From Pecten maximus (lineage: Eukaryota): a stretch of DNA of 64,000 nucleotides. The translations under genes and the position numbers were made by a program. The first letter of the stretch is position 1, and each line of letters begins with the position of its first letter. The stretch lies in contig NC_047016.1 of the NCBI RefSeq assembly GCF_902652985.1, forward strand, positions 10,912,001-10,976,000, in the 5' to 3' direction. The notes under the pieces are model-generated. The model saw only the letters and a program-made list of their open reading frames with translations. It made no database searches and was not told where the DNA came from. This document shows positions 26,501 through 39,931 of this stretch, one piece after another.

Positions 26501-27194
26501 TAACCTACAGTATATAAAAAAATCTTTATGAATATAAATATAAGCATTGAACTGTTACCAAATGGTAGTATACAATCGATATATATATAATTTTGGTGAC
26601 AGATAAATATTCCATGTCGTCCTACATTCTATTTATCTGTCACCCAAATTGTATTCATATCGACTGTATACTACCATTTGGTAACAGTTCAATGCTTAAA
26701 TATACAGAGACAGCTCAATCTCTCTCAGTTTTCATTGCGGTCCCCTGTCAACGACTCTTGACGTTATGTATTCTATCTTGCATTATGACGTCATATAACA
26801 TGACGGAGAGCTATATGCATATCTTGATTTCCCCAATTGTCGTTTGTAAGCAGTGTTCTGATTGGACAAATCAGAAAAGGTGATCATTTTCAGTAATAAA
26901 AAATATCACTTTCAAATTAGTTTCGATATTTCACTGGTAAAAATGTAATAACGTAGTATATGTTATTTGAATATTGTTATTATGTTATGCTCTTTGTGTT
27001 GGGAATAAAGGCAATAATAATGTAACAAACATACACACTATGTCTCAGCAGTTTTGTATATTACTCAACCCACATTACAAAACCGCCAGTGTTACTCGTA
27101 AGGAAGGACGAGATAACATCCCAGTCGTCCTTTAGGAATCGTGCGATATTCCCACGCTCGACGTGTGGGGAGGTAGTTCATTACAATATGGAGG

Positions 27195-27665
27195 AATAAT
27201 ATTACACCAGGGACGTATACTATTACACCAGGGACGTATACTATTACACCAGGGACGTATACTATTACACCAGGGACGTATACTATTACACCAGGGACGT
27301 ATACTATTACAACAGGGACGAACAATATTACAACAGGGACGTATACTATTACACCAGGGACGTATACTATTACACCAGGGACGTATACTATTACACCAGG
27401 GACGTATACTATTACACCAGGGACGTATGATATTACAACAGGGGCGTATACTATTACCACAGGGACGTATACTACTACAACAGGGACGTATACTACTACA
27501 ACAGGGACGTATACTATTGCAACAGGGACGAACAATATTACAACAGGGACGTATAATACAACAGGGCCGAACAATATTACAACAGGGACGAACATTATTA
27601 CAACAGGGACGTATACTACATTGTATTACAACAGGGACGTTTAATACAACAGGGCCGAACAACAG
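27195..27665. repeat. 21-bp minisatellite (~22 units)
   Basis: Unit caccagggacgtatactatta. Confidence 0.92.
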
Positions 27666-28463
27666 GGGGATAAAGAAGTCGGTTAATTATCTTCCTTTTA
27701 GGGAAAAGACTCTTAGGAAAGAGTGTTTAACATTTATTTACAATGTATGTATTTTTTTTGGGGGGGGGGGGGGGGGGGGGGGGCTATATCAGAGACATAT
27801 GTCTCTGCCTATGTATAACATAGTCAACATGTACAATTAATTAAAAAGATAAGAAAAAGAGAACGGTCGTCGTTTGTTTTATTATGGAGGCTGGTGAACT
27901 TGTCTGGATTTGGAAGAGGAGATGCACGTCTTTCACTCTCTAGTAACTGTACCAAATCACAGAGTCGTATAAAGTTGAGTACCAATATAAGATTGGGTGT
28001 TCTCCACTAAATGTAGGTAAATGAATGTACATTACATCGTAACGGTATCACTGACACGTTACGATTCCATTCAATATTTCTACATTCCTCCAGGGACACA
28101 TGCACGTCCCTTCTGTTTGTTTTAAGTGATAGGGTGCGGTGTTTGCGTCTCAACAAAGGTATTTACAACAAGCATACACATAGTTTTCCATTATCGCCCG
28201 CAAGTCATATAGGAGTGTCCAGTTATTTTTAAAACACTGTTATATGTTTTGTACCTACAAGTCCGAGAGGAAAAGGGCGGATGTTACCAAATACTATCAT
28301 TCATGCCAAACGATAAAGCCCGAGGCGCTTTCTCGATAGGATTAAAGATAGTCACGCGTGAGTGACTACACAGGTAAATGTGTCCTCTGATTCACACCTG
28401 TGCCTCATCTCTATATGCTGATGTCTCCGGTATAACTTAGTCATTACACTACAGCAAACCAAG

Positions 28464-31400
28464 ATGGCCTCCTTTAAGAAGTTTTCTGCGCTCGCTCTGA
28501 TTGCCATAGCCCTGTTGATTGTTGGCGGAATCCTCCATATCATCGCCCTGGCCACGCCTTACTGGCATTTCACCTACGAGGCCACCTTCGGCAGGGTGGG
28601 GCACTATGGACTGTGGGTGGGGTGTAAATACTTCCTTACCGCCGTCTCGTGTTCCAGCGAATATATCAATCCACCAGGTACTGTATGTATTATAAATATG
28701 TATAACGCATTGTCATCTTGACTGACCAAATCAGGAGCCCTCTCTCCATGTCTGTGAGTTCTCTAAGTATAATTATGTGGTTATTATATTATGCTGTCAT
28801 TACACGTGTTTCGGTATATATTGTTTACAATCGAATCAAAAATAGATATGAGAGACTTATATACATGTAATTAATAAGTAAATGTGATTCACACTTACAT
28901 TAATTGTTCTAAGCATAGTGTATCGTAGTACCCTTTATATAGTAACCGTAACTACTAACAAATGATATTAACTTGAAGTTAGTGCCTGGTAAAATATCTA
29001 CAGTTATGTTTAAGTATATCAGACCTGTCGTGTCTGTATTGTTCCAGCTGGCTATCTCTAACAATTTATTCCAACTCTCAGAACTCTAAAGAAACTTCAG
29101 TGCCTAGTGATCGAGTGTTATTATATATAATATAAGGCTGCATGTCTAACAGTCTACCTAGATCTGTAACCGACAACTTGAAATTGATATCCTCATTATA
29201 CATGTAGAAAGTTCAAACAAGGGATTTAACTGAATAATTTAACATAAAATAAATCAAAAGCCTATGGTGAAATGCATCACGAACAATCACGTGTCCACAA
29301 CCGTATGTCTGACAGTGAGTGTTGGATCCAAACTGTCAAACATGTCGGAGTTACTGAGCTCCCTCCTTTTATATGGAATTAATGTGATTAATATCGATAT
29401 TTTATAATGAGATAATTACAACTTCTGTTTTTATTCACCAATTCGTATTCTATGTCGTATATAGATATACTGTGATAGTGCATAAATAACGACGGTATGT
29501 TCGTTGGATGCGTATTACTAGAAATAGATAATTGTCAAGTAGTAATAACGACAGTACAGACATAGTAGTATATGTAGTATATATATACACTGTGTTAGTG
29601 TATATCCTATTGTAGTATATATAGATACACTGTGTTAGTGTATATCCTATTGTAGTATATAGATACACTGTGTTAGTGTAGATCCTATTGTAGTATATAT
29701 AGATACACTGTGTTAGTGTATATCCTGTTGTAGTCACAGGGGCTTGGCACGATTTTCCAAATGATAGTCTATATATATATGTATATAGTATCAAGATACT
29801 ATATACATATATATATGGACTATCATTTGGAAAATCGTGCCAAGCCCCTGTGGTTGTAGTATATATATACACTGTGTTAGTGTATATCCTATTGTAGTAT
29901 ATAGATACACTGTGTTAGTGTATATCCTATTGTAGTATATATAGATACAATGTGTTAGTGTATATCCTATTGTAGTATATAGATACACTGTGTTAGTGTA
30001 TATCCTATTGTAGTATATATAGATACACTGTGTTAGTGTATATCCTGTTGTAGTCACAGGGGCTTGGCACGATTTTCCAAATGATAGTCTATATATATAT
30101 GTATATAGTATCAAGATACTATATACATATATATATGGACTATCATTTGGAAAATCGTGCCAAGCCCCTGTGGTTGTAGTATATATATACACTGTGTTAG
30201 TGTATATCCTATTGTAGTATATAGATACACTGTGTTAGTGTATATCCTATTGTAGTATATATAGATACAATGTGTTAGTGTATATCCTATTGTAGTATAT
30301 AGATACACTGTGTTAGTGTATATCCTATTGTAGTATATATATATACACTGTGTTAGTGTATATCCTATTGTAGTATATAGATACACTGTGTTAGTGTATA
30401 TTCTATTGTAGTATATAGATACACTGTGTTAGTGTATATTCTATTGTAGTATATAGATACAATGTGTTAGTGTATATCATATTGTAGTATATAGATACAC
30501 TGTGTTAGTGTATATCCTATTGCAGTATATATATACACTGTGTTATTGTATATTCTATTGTAGTATATAGATACACTGTGTTAGTGTATATCCTATTGTA
30601 GTATATATATACACTGTGTTAGTGTATATCCTATTGTAGTATATATATACACTGTGTTGGTGTATATCCTATTGTAGTATATAGATACACTGTGTTAGTG
30701 TATACCCTATTGTAGTATATAGATACACGGTGTTAGTGTATATCCTATTGTAGTACATATGTATATAGATACACTGTGTAAGTGCACTAGCGGAGATCCA
30801 GTGTATCATATATACTTTCTGAAAATCTGAAATGATTAATGATTACAGACACAACTGATTAGCTGATTCCCCGTCTTCCGTGTCTACGAGTAACTATTTT
30901 CAACTTAAGTTCTAATATTCTCTTATCATTCTATTTTCAGATCATTTCTGTCATTATTATGTCTTATTGTTTGTTTACTACCCGAGTTTGTACGTCATTG
31001 GTAGTTAAGTCGCTGAACATCCTCTGTCTGTTTCTGTTTTGTAGCCTGGCTGGAGGGTGTACGTGCTATGGACGTGCTCGGCATGTTACTAGGAACAACA
31101 TCACTAGTTCTCATGGGATTGTACACATTTGCACCAAGTGGAAAGTGGACCACAACGTACAAAGTGTCGTCTGTCGTCACAACTCTCGTGGCTGGTAAGT
31201 AAATCACGTGCGATACAACGCGTTCCCCATGACTGGCGAGTCTGTCACGTGCAACATGTAACATCTCGGTCCGCGTGATTGGTTATGTGCACACCTCGGT
31301 CCTCTTGGCTGGTGAGTCAGTCACGTGCGACATGTGCACACCTCGGTCCTCTTGGCTGGTGAGTCAGTCACGTGCGACATGTGCACACCTCGGTCCTCTT

Positions 31401-33495
31401 GGCTGGTGAGTCAGTCACGTGCGACATGTGCACACCTCGGTCCTCTTGGCTGGTGAGTCAGTCACGTGCGACATGTGCACACCTCGGTTCTCTTGGCTGG
31501 TGAGTCAGTCACGTGCGATATGTGCACACCTCTGTCCTCTTGGCTGGTGAGTCAATCACAGGCGACATGTACACACCTTGGTCCTCTCTCTTTGATAATC
31601 AAACCTGTCTTTAATTTTTCACGCGATACATTTTTATTTCTTCGTGTTTGCACAGTAAATATCATTTACTTATGATTTTGGATTGGCTAGTACTGTGTGT
31701 AGTACCAAAACCTTCCACCATTTCCGATGTTTCGCCATGCTCCTGATGTCATTACACGTACATACGAATCACAAGTTATTTAAACTTACCTACACCGTGA
31801 TCCTGTACGTCTATTGTATTTAGAAATACACATCCACGAGCTCGATTCCTCTGATGGCGGTATTGTATCATTAATTAGCCAGTATAATGTTCATTTTGTA
31901 TTTTACCACTCAAACCACCACACTAGCTGTTATTTCGTAACACAAACCTGTATGTGCACGGAATCGCCTACAGTCGAGTCATCGCTGGTACAGACAGGAC
32001 AATGCCCATTAAACTCCAATAAGCACGTCGTAAACTTTTCAATTTTCTTTAACGATCCTATTTGATTAATTCTCCATCAGCGTTTGAGGATTTTATTTCA
32101 TTGTACCTGTCATACTCTCCGAAATGTTATCACAGCATTCTGTTTTCATTTCTATTACGATTATCAATGTTTGGCGCGATATATATGTCTGTCTTGTATA
32201 TACATCACTCATCCGAACGAACCTACCGCAGTTAAAAGGATATACATATTGCTGTATCCTACTTCATTCTGTAAGAGGCGAATAACCCCGTTTGGGGATT
32301 ATTTCTCAGACTCTGCCAAGAGCCGCCTACTGACGATTTCTCCCTGCATCAAAGCCTCTGATATATATGTTCCCTTGTAGATGGCGGTTTGTCCAGTGTT
32401 GTTTTTAGGGGACATCGGTATAACCTAATAAAAGTACTTATGTAGCCAACGAAAATGGGCCCCAACAGCTTTTCTTGTGTTTCCTACACTAAAGTTGCAA
32501 TGAAAAGAACATTATTGAACTACCGTTCTGATCACCAAGTCTGGTGTTGATTCTTATATTTTTGTTTGATTATATCTTGCTTCTTTTTTTCTCTTGGTGT
32601 CCCCGTAACACCGTCCTCGTATGACCCTGGCTGTTGAGGTCTCCTTGACACCCGTCCTCGTATGACCCTGGCTGTTGATGTCACATTGATACATGTCCTC
32701 ATATGACATGGCTGTTGGTGTTTCCTTGACACCCGTCCTCATATGACCTTGACTCTTGGTGTCTCCTGGACACTCGCCTTCATATGACCTTGGCTGTTGA
32801 TGCCCCCTTGATATTTTTGATGACAATGATCCAGAAATATAATGCCAAAAAAATGTTACTTAACTGGAAACGCAAATTTGTCATCATGAATACTTTTTAG
32901 AGCTGTTTTATCTCATTGTTTTAAATAAATGCTATCAGGAGATGACATTCTACAATTTCATTGGGTTAAATATCCATATTAGACCCACGTTTAACCGTGC
33001 ATATTATTCCATGTATTATCATGAACAACATTGTAATAATTGCCACAGAACTTCTCAAATCCATTTGCATGTACATCTTTAACCTATAAAAATTCCAACT
33101 TTTAAGGTTAGGCAATACTGTGAAATATTGTTTATTTTATTCATCTTAATTATACCATGTAAGTTTGTACCGAGCTTTATAATTGGTCAGTTGCATACTG
33201 ATTTTTGTTTGGTATCTTGACCACTTCGTGAGTGTTAGGCGGTAAAAGTGCTATTATCTCTGCTTTTTTGTTGTTAATTTCAGGCTTATTTGTTCTCATC
33301 GGCGCTATAATATATGGAGTGAGTATTGTGAACGGGACAGATCTCATATCGGCCTTTCCTTACAACTCCGGTGGACTGTTCCTCAACGGCGTGTACACCC
33401 ATGACCTATCCTGGTCCTTCGGGATCAGTATCACCGCCGCCATTTTGTGTGTTCTTAGTGGAATCGTCATGGGCTTCGCAGGCAAGCGTAACTGA
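28464..33495 (+). CDS. PMP22/EMP/MP20/claudin-superfamily tetraspan membrane protein, 191 aa; exons 28464-28677, 31045-31194, 33284-33495
   Basis: GT-AG introns, both phase 1; 214+150+212=576 nt open. Four hydrophobic helices; signature ATPYW..GLWVGC..C, then WLEGVRAM and LSWSFG. Confidence 0.92.
29735..29852. mobile_element. 118-bp fold-back MITE, copy 1 (CACAGG ends, 8-bp TSD; P- or hAT-type)
   Basis: Near-perfect palindrome cacaggggcttggcacg...cgtgccaagcccctgtg; TSD gttgtagt at 29727-29734 and 29853-29860. Confidence 0.88.
30055..30172. mobile_element. 118-bp fold-back MITE, copy 2
   Basis: Same sequence and TSD as copy 1, 320 bp downstream. Confidence 0.88.
31185..31580. repeat. 47-bp minisatellite derived from the exon-2 splice donor region
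   Basis: Unit gtgcacacctcggtcctcttggctggtgagtcagtcacgtgcgacat versus the native junction ctcgtggctg|gtaagtaaatcacgtgcgata. Confidence 0.88.
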
Positions 33496-34475
33496 TGATT
33501 TGATTGGTAGAAATAGTGAATACTGTAATAGACAATAATTAAGTGGTGCTGTATTTACTGATGACAGTAAGCTATTTCGTGAAAGGATGATCAGTGGTAA
33601 CAAATTGTCTTTATTGCGTGTGCTGTGAATAGAATATCAATATTTTAACTTATTTGTAAGCAGACACAGTTTTGGTTGTGTGATACACAGGACAGGAAGT
33701 GGAATTATGGATACACAGCCGTAATCAACACGTAATACAAAGATATACACGTAGGTAAAGAAGAGGCCATTGTCAGCTTTCATACGTATATTGTTGAACC
33801 TTTCGACATTCCAAAGAATCGTCTAAAAGCAAGACTGCACTGTGCTGGAGTGAAATGGTGTCCTCTGTTAGGTGCGAGTAATTGGTAGTATGTATGTTTA
33901 GTCTAGGAAACTGATCTTCACGTTTAACTTTGAGTTCAGGATTCAGTAGAATGCTGTTAATGTCTTCCCGACACTTGACAAAATACTCATTCATAGCAGT
34001 TTGTGGTGCAGAAACCTTTTCAGTGTGTCCGGTGTTGCGTTTTCATTCGTAACCGTTTAAAGCGCGATGTCCTAATGTTATGGACAAAGGTCACAATTAA
34101 AAGTGCCACACCGGCTGGCTTATGTAGAATCTTTTACTCCCCGTGATATATATGAGACAGAGGATCTACGAGAATCTCACCTCGGTAAAAGTGTGAATAC
34201 ACTACTTCGGGGAAAGATAATGGAGTCTTTCATTATACGATGACGTTGTCTTCGTTACATTGTTTGCATGTTAAATGTACTTTTGAGTTCGGGTTTACTT
34301 CCTTGTGTTTTGGATAGCGTTCGCTATTATAAGTATAATTTTGATTACACTTACTGTTTCTCGTGATATAACATTGGATTACGTCCATTTTTCTGTATTG
34401 AACTTATTTCGGAATCTATTAAGACTAATTTTTCTGTATTGAACTTATTTCGGAATCTATTAAGACTAGGCCATC

Positions 34476-34636
34476 TTAGTCATTATGTTCCGCCCGTCGT
34501 TGTGCGCCGTACGTAAACTTTTTACATTCAAAACGCTACTCCTCCTTAACGCCAAAGCGAATTTCAGCTAAATTTTGTGACCCCTTGGAATCGAGGGGCG
34601 TGTCCTTGCTGTAAGTCTTTGTCAGGTGACCGTTTA
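34476..34636. mobile_element. Short Helentron/HINE-like non-autonomous remnant (related end in opposite orientation at ~42327-42362)
   Basis: 3' end caggtgaccgtttaggcccatggacctcttgtt (subterminal repeat plus short palindrome), as recalled for bivalve Helentron-type elements. Confidence 0.5.
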
Positions 34637-35836
34637 GGCCCATGGACCTCTTGTTTATCACAATTTTTAATTTTGCACCCAATTCGACATAAGGTTTTAT
34701 GAATACTATTGGAGTCCTGACGCTGTATTTCTGTTTTCTAAACTCACTTGGTTAATAATAAAATTAAAAGGGAGGTCTTCACTTCAACTCCGAGTGTTGA
34801 AGTTTACCTTGTTTATCACGCCTTCCCTTTCACACTCCAGCATACAGTATCATGTATATCTTGTAATTAGACATTCACTAGTTACCAAATAAACATCTAG
34901 ATATTACCCAAACCTGTTATAAATACAAAAGATATTCCAACCATGAGCTGATTTCTGACACCCTGTTTATTTGTTTTTGTTTTACTTATGATACCAGAAT
35001 CTTAAATAACTTTCCCATCCCTCTATACATTTATAGTGTCCTTGACCCGCACATGGCTATTTATATCATTATTACTTTGCTTAAAATATCTGTATATATT
35101 GTAATCAAAATGATTTTATAAGAATTCTATAAGTGTTATATCTGGAAGTTACAGAATTATCAGGTGAACTTGTTTATAAACATTGAAACCATATATTTGT
35201 TACATGTCATTTCATTTTATTGTAAGGAAAGGAAAACACTGTTCGTCATTGTGGCATTATAGACCTCAGTGTTCGTCACTTCCGCTTTACAGTCAAGCGT
35301 TTTAGTGTTGCAATGATGATTATGTGCCAGTATTTATTTCTAAAGATGTGTTATTAAAATAAAGCATGTTTAAATATAGCCAAATGTTGTTGTTGTTTGT
35401 TTGGTTTTTTGTTTGTTGTTTTTTTGTCGATTTTGATCTGTTTCCACAACATTCCATTTTATCCACACGGAAGATGATGATATCCGGCTGTGTGAATTAG
35501 TACATGTATCTCGGTACTGAAATGGGTACATGTTAAAGCGGAGAAAATGAAACTGATTTGAGAAGGACGAGCTTTAAAATATCGTAGATGTATTACTGGG
35601 ATACGAGGAAAGTCCGCTAAATAAAACAGAACAAAACAACTTGTTGATACACAGTGTCATTGATATCTTATAGTAAAGTAGGTTTCCTGCTCAAAGAGAT
35701 CGACCATAGTTCCACTAAAAACAACAGAGAATCCAGACGTTATAACAAAACCGTAATTCTTACTAATAAATCGATGGCAGCAAAGAAATATCAATTTGCA
35801 TTGATACCTTAAACTGTACACGGAGAATAAGACCAG

Positions 35837-36197
35837 GCCCCGGGATCATGAAGCAGACTTAAGTCTAAGACTAAACTTGGACTTAAGTCTTAAGATTTTA
35901 CTTAGCTAAGACCGCAATCTTAAGTGGATCATGAAACGTGCTAAGCATAATCTTAGCTGAGACTAAACTTAAGTCGAAATCTATAGCAACGCGCGCGCTG
36001 ATTCGCGTATTTGCGGTAATCCATTGGAACTCTTCAGCGCGGGAAACCATCTTCTGTCGTCTGCTGTCAATGTAAACAATGGAATCTGTCAACAGAGGGT
36101 GAAAGTCAAATTGGACCGGGGAGGAGGAGGTTATGCTCGTTGAAGAGGTTTCCAACAGCGAATCTCTGCTGTTTGGAAGGCACGATGGCGCCTCCAG
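35837..36197 (+). repeat. 361-bp Harbinger left-end unit (T allele at 36100, nonsense in Myb exon 1)
   Basis: Runs from the TIR tip to an internal CAG; the next TIR starts at 36198. Confidence 0.95.
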
Positions 36198-37709
36198 GCC
36201 CCGGGATCATGAAGCAGACTTAAGTCTAAGACTAAACTTGGACTTAAGTCTTAAGATTTTACTTAGCTAAGACCGCAATCTTAAGTGGATCATGAAACGT
36301 GCTAAGCATAATCTTAGCTGAGACTAAACTTAAGTCGAAATCTATAGCAACGCGCGCGCTGATTCGCGTATTTGCGGTAATCCATTGGAACTCTTCAGCG
36401 CGGGAAACCATCTTCTGTCGTCTGCTGTCAATGTAAACAATGGAATCTGTCAACAGAGGGAGAAAGTCAAATTGGACCGGGGAGGAGGAGGTTATGCTCG
36501 TTGAAGAGGTTTCCAACAGCGAATCTCTGCTGTTTGGAAGGCACGATGGCGCCTCCAGGACACAGCAGACGAAGAGCAAAGTTTGGCAAGACATTGCCAA
36601 TCGCCTGAATGCGTACGTATACAGTAGAGCTACCAAATTGTTGTGTGCTTGAAGTTTAATTGTTGTGATTCCTTAAAATAATGTTTATGCTGCTATATGT
36701 TAAACTGCATATTAGGTTGGGGACGCGTATCTGTCATGAATTCAGCGTGCCCTCAGTACTCTAGTCTAGAATGAATATCAATACCCTGACAACACTGCTC
36801 TCTGACGAAGATCTTCTGTCAGAAATCGTCCATCCATGTGTACTGTACTGGAAACCCTGTACTGTACACCTTCGAGAGTTTGAGGGATATTCACGTATCT
36901 AAGTAACTTATTTATACACATTTACCCGTCAAATTACTGTTGAAGTGCATGTAAAAAAATATTGACTTTTTAGAAGTTCTGACGTGATTATTTCTTAGAT
37001 TATAGATGTTTATTATATTTGACTTTTATATAGATTCTACATATGTTTGACAAAAAAAAAATCGTTTTTTACTCAAATATTCAATAATTTCAAAATTCAA
37101 TCCTCCTTAATTGTCAATTGATCTGATATTGATGAGCGGACATTTGTCTTCCATTGATGGCTCCAAATTATTTTATACAGGGAAAACACAATTTTACAGT
37201 TACGATAGCTTGTATGCCACACACTTGTCTTTGTAGCAATATTAATGATTGCAACTAGAATTAACTAGGGAGAAACACTGTTCAGGTTTTAGGAAATAAC
37301 CTACATTATCTGTGTACATACAGCTGATATATGGGATTCATAATTAAAAGTATAATGTAAGCGACTAAAAATCAAAAAGTTACATTTACTGCACATGAAG
37401 ATTGGTTTATTGTTTGCGCTGAAGCAATCCGCATAGCACTATTTCACAGTATTTGAACCATAGAAAATGAGAGATGTTGTAAACATTAAAAAAATCCTCT
37501 CATTTGGTTGTAACACTAACAGGTTGTCAATAATGACAAGAAAACCAGTCAGCAAATTGAGCAGTTTATTTATTAATTAATTTATAGATTTATGAATAGG
37601 CCTGCCTTGCAACAAACCTTATAAATACAAATATACAGTATCTAGACTCTTAAACTCAAGGGAAACATCTCTCATTCTTGCCAAATATCATTTTACCACT
37701 TTAACTCTT

Positions 37710-38914
37710 TCTTTTTTTAAATTGTTTTATTTTTCAAAGCTTTTAATACAGATACCATAAGACAGAACATAGAGGGACATACACACTTACCCATACACAT
37801 TCCGATGTACACACACATAACTCGGGACATACATTTGTACATGTATACACACTTACCCAGACACATTCCCATGTACACACACATAACTCGTGACATACAC
37901 ACACACTTACCAACACATATTCCCATGCTTACAGATAAATACTCCCATGCTTTATAATTATCATCACATTCTGCTCACCATTAAACAGTACAAATTAAGA
38001 AGCACCTACATGTACATACATATATATAAAACAAAATAGACAAACAAAATGGAGACAAACAGACAGACAGATGAGAGAAAACTGAGACAGACAGGTAGAG
38101 AGGTTCCCATACACTTTTATTTACTGACAAGTTACTACTTACTAATGTTTAGAAAATATGAATACAAGTTATAATTTCTAATATGGTGTTGTGCCATTAA
38201 AATATAAAGCAATATACTGTATATATATAACACATACAGGTATATATAAAGAAAAACTACATGTTCAAGTGCCATATTAGTCATATTTCTAACAAAGGCA
38301 TCCACTTTCTCCAATTACTTTCAAACTTCTTTTGAATGTTATCACTTTTACTTGAAATGATATACTTTGTACATTATAATGATCTTTAATAACATTAATT
38401 AGTGCATTTATATTAAGAGTTTTATGAAGATATCCTGTTTTATAAATATCATGTTTAATAATTATTAGTATTTTATTATTTATTGTGAAGAAGCTACTCC
38501 AAAAAGTAGAGAATCTTTATTCATTAGAAATGGGATGATAAACAAAATATCAAGCAGAGCTTAAAATCTTTCAAAAAGAGTTTGAACTTCAATACATTCC
38601 CATAAGCAATGTAGTTATTGTTTCCCTTTCCTATTACACAGTGAGCAAATTGGAGTAGGATGTAAATTAATTCTTAAAAGAAATGTATTGGTTACTAAAA
38701 TGTGGTGTAGAATTCTCACTTGAATTTGAAGTTTTGTACTTTTTGTTACAATAAAAGGAATTTTAAAGGTTTTTTCCCCATTTCTTTTTGTCATACTCAA
38801 ATTCCTCATTCCATTTTATTGTACCTGTTGGTGTGATTGCAGGAGTTATCAAGCAGTTATACAAATCTATAGAGCCTTTTTTTTTCTAAAAATTTTTTTT
38901 TCAAATTCAAGGTA
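37710..38914 (-). mobile_element. 5'-truncated degenerate L1/Tx1-like LINE inside Myb intron 1
   Basis: Frameshifted ORF2 C-terminus: KGSIDLY..KW, ILHHILVTN..CSLC..HCLWEC zinc knuckle, KFESNWRKW. AATAAA and A-rich tail near 37710-37735. Candidate TSD tttaactctt at 37700-37709 and 38915-38924. Confidence 0.75.
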
Positions 38915-39772
38915 TTTAACTCTTCTTATACACTTTCACAAATATTACCATTTCAGTAAAACATCTGGCAGCTTTGTAGTTACATTGAAATGAATTTATA
39001 AAATCAAATTGGAAAAAACAACATTACTCGAAAATGATTCAATAATAATAACTTCATACAGCAATAGAATTATTTAAATGCAGAACAAATCAAGCAAATA
39101 AATACAATATAACAAGTTAGTTACAACATTTCCTAAAAACATGTTTAAATTGTTTAAAATAAAAAGTTCACTCTACCACATGATATTTATTCATTATAGA
39201 TATATAGGTACTTTATTTTTTTCTGATTTCACAACAATTCTGTTATTACATATATATATTTGGTCTGAGAACAAACACAAACAGGAATATCAAATCTGAA
39301 TATGTTGAGATTATATTTGTATTTATCCGGCAACTGTCGAAATACACTCACTATATTTATTGTTGCTGTGTACGGCAGTGACAGAAAGCATAAATACTAT
39401 TTAAATAAATAAAAAATTCAAATGCACCAATTTAACACAGAAAATTTATTTCATATTTTTAACATTGAATTTCTGAAAGTTTAGTGTATAGGCATTTTGG
39501 AAGCTTCCCAGTCAATGATTAGACTTGTTTTTAATTCTAATCATCATCAGAAATATATGAATAAAGAAGATTAATATAAAATATCAATCCTATTAAAAGA
39601 AGACATACATGATTTAAATAAAACTGATTGTCACTGGCATAATTGTAAATAAAACATAAACAAATTGAAATCATTTGATTTGTCTGAAGCTTAGAGAAAG
39701 GTTTGAGAAGATATAAGATAGATGATAATATAGCAACAAGATTTTTTAATATGAAGTTTAATGGTATGTATA

Positions 39773-39931
39773 TGTAACCCTGGTAAATACTAGCCGCAAT
39801 ATACCGCTCGGCTAGAGAGATCTTCTCTTTAGCTCGATCGGATGAGCGTAAGACTAGTAAGCCAGAGGTCCCGGGTTCGATCCCTAGCGGAGGCAGTGAT
39901 TTAAATTCAATTAATCATGTGCTCTGTTACA
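39773..39931 (+). mobile_element. 159-bp TGT...ACA element with tRNA-like core (solo LTR of a tRNA-bearing TRIM, or Ginger-like MITE)
   Basis: Ends tgtaac/gttaca, TSD tata, A box tagctcgatcgg, B box ggttcgatcc. Confidence 0.7.

Larger units (their letters stand above)
29570..30780. repeat. 37-40-bp minisatellite in intron 1 of the claudin-like gene
   Basis: Unit gtagtatatagatacactgtgttagtgtatatcctatt with variable (ta)n. Confidence 0.93.

Noticed and set aside
36801-36830. Hammerhead ribozyme (ctgacga...gaaa)
   Set aside because: Stem II cannot close next to the core and stem I has no partner; the sequence is better read as a simple palindrome tctgacgaagatcttctgtcaga.
39823-39895. Functional tRNA-Thr(AGT) gene
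   Set aside because: Acceptor and anticodon stems pair poorly, there is no T-run terminator, and it lies within a TSD-flanked element.
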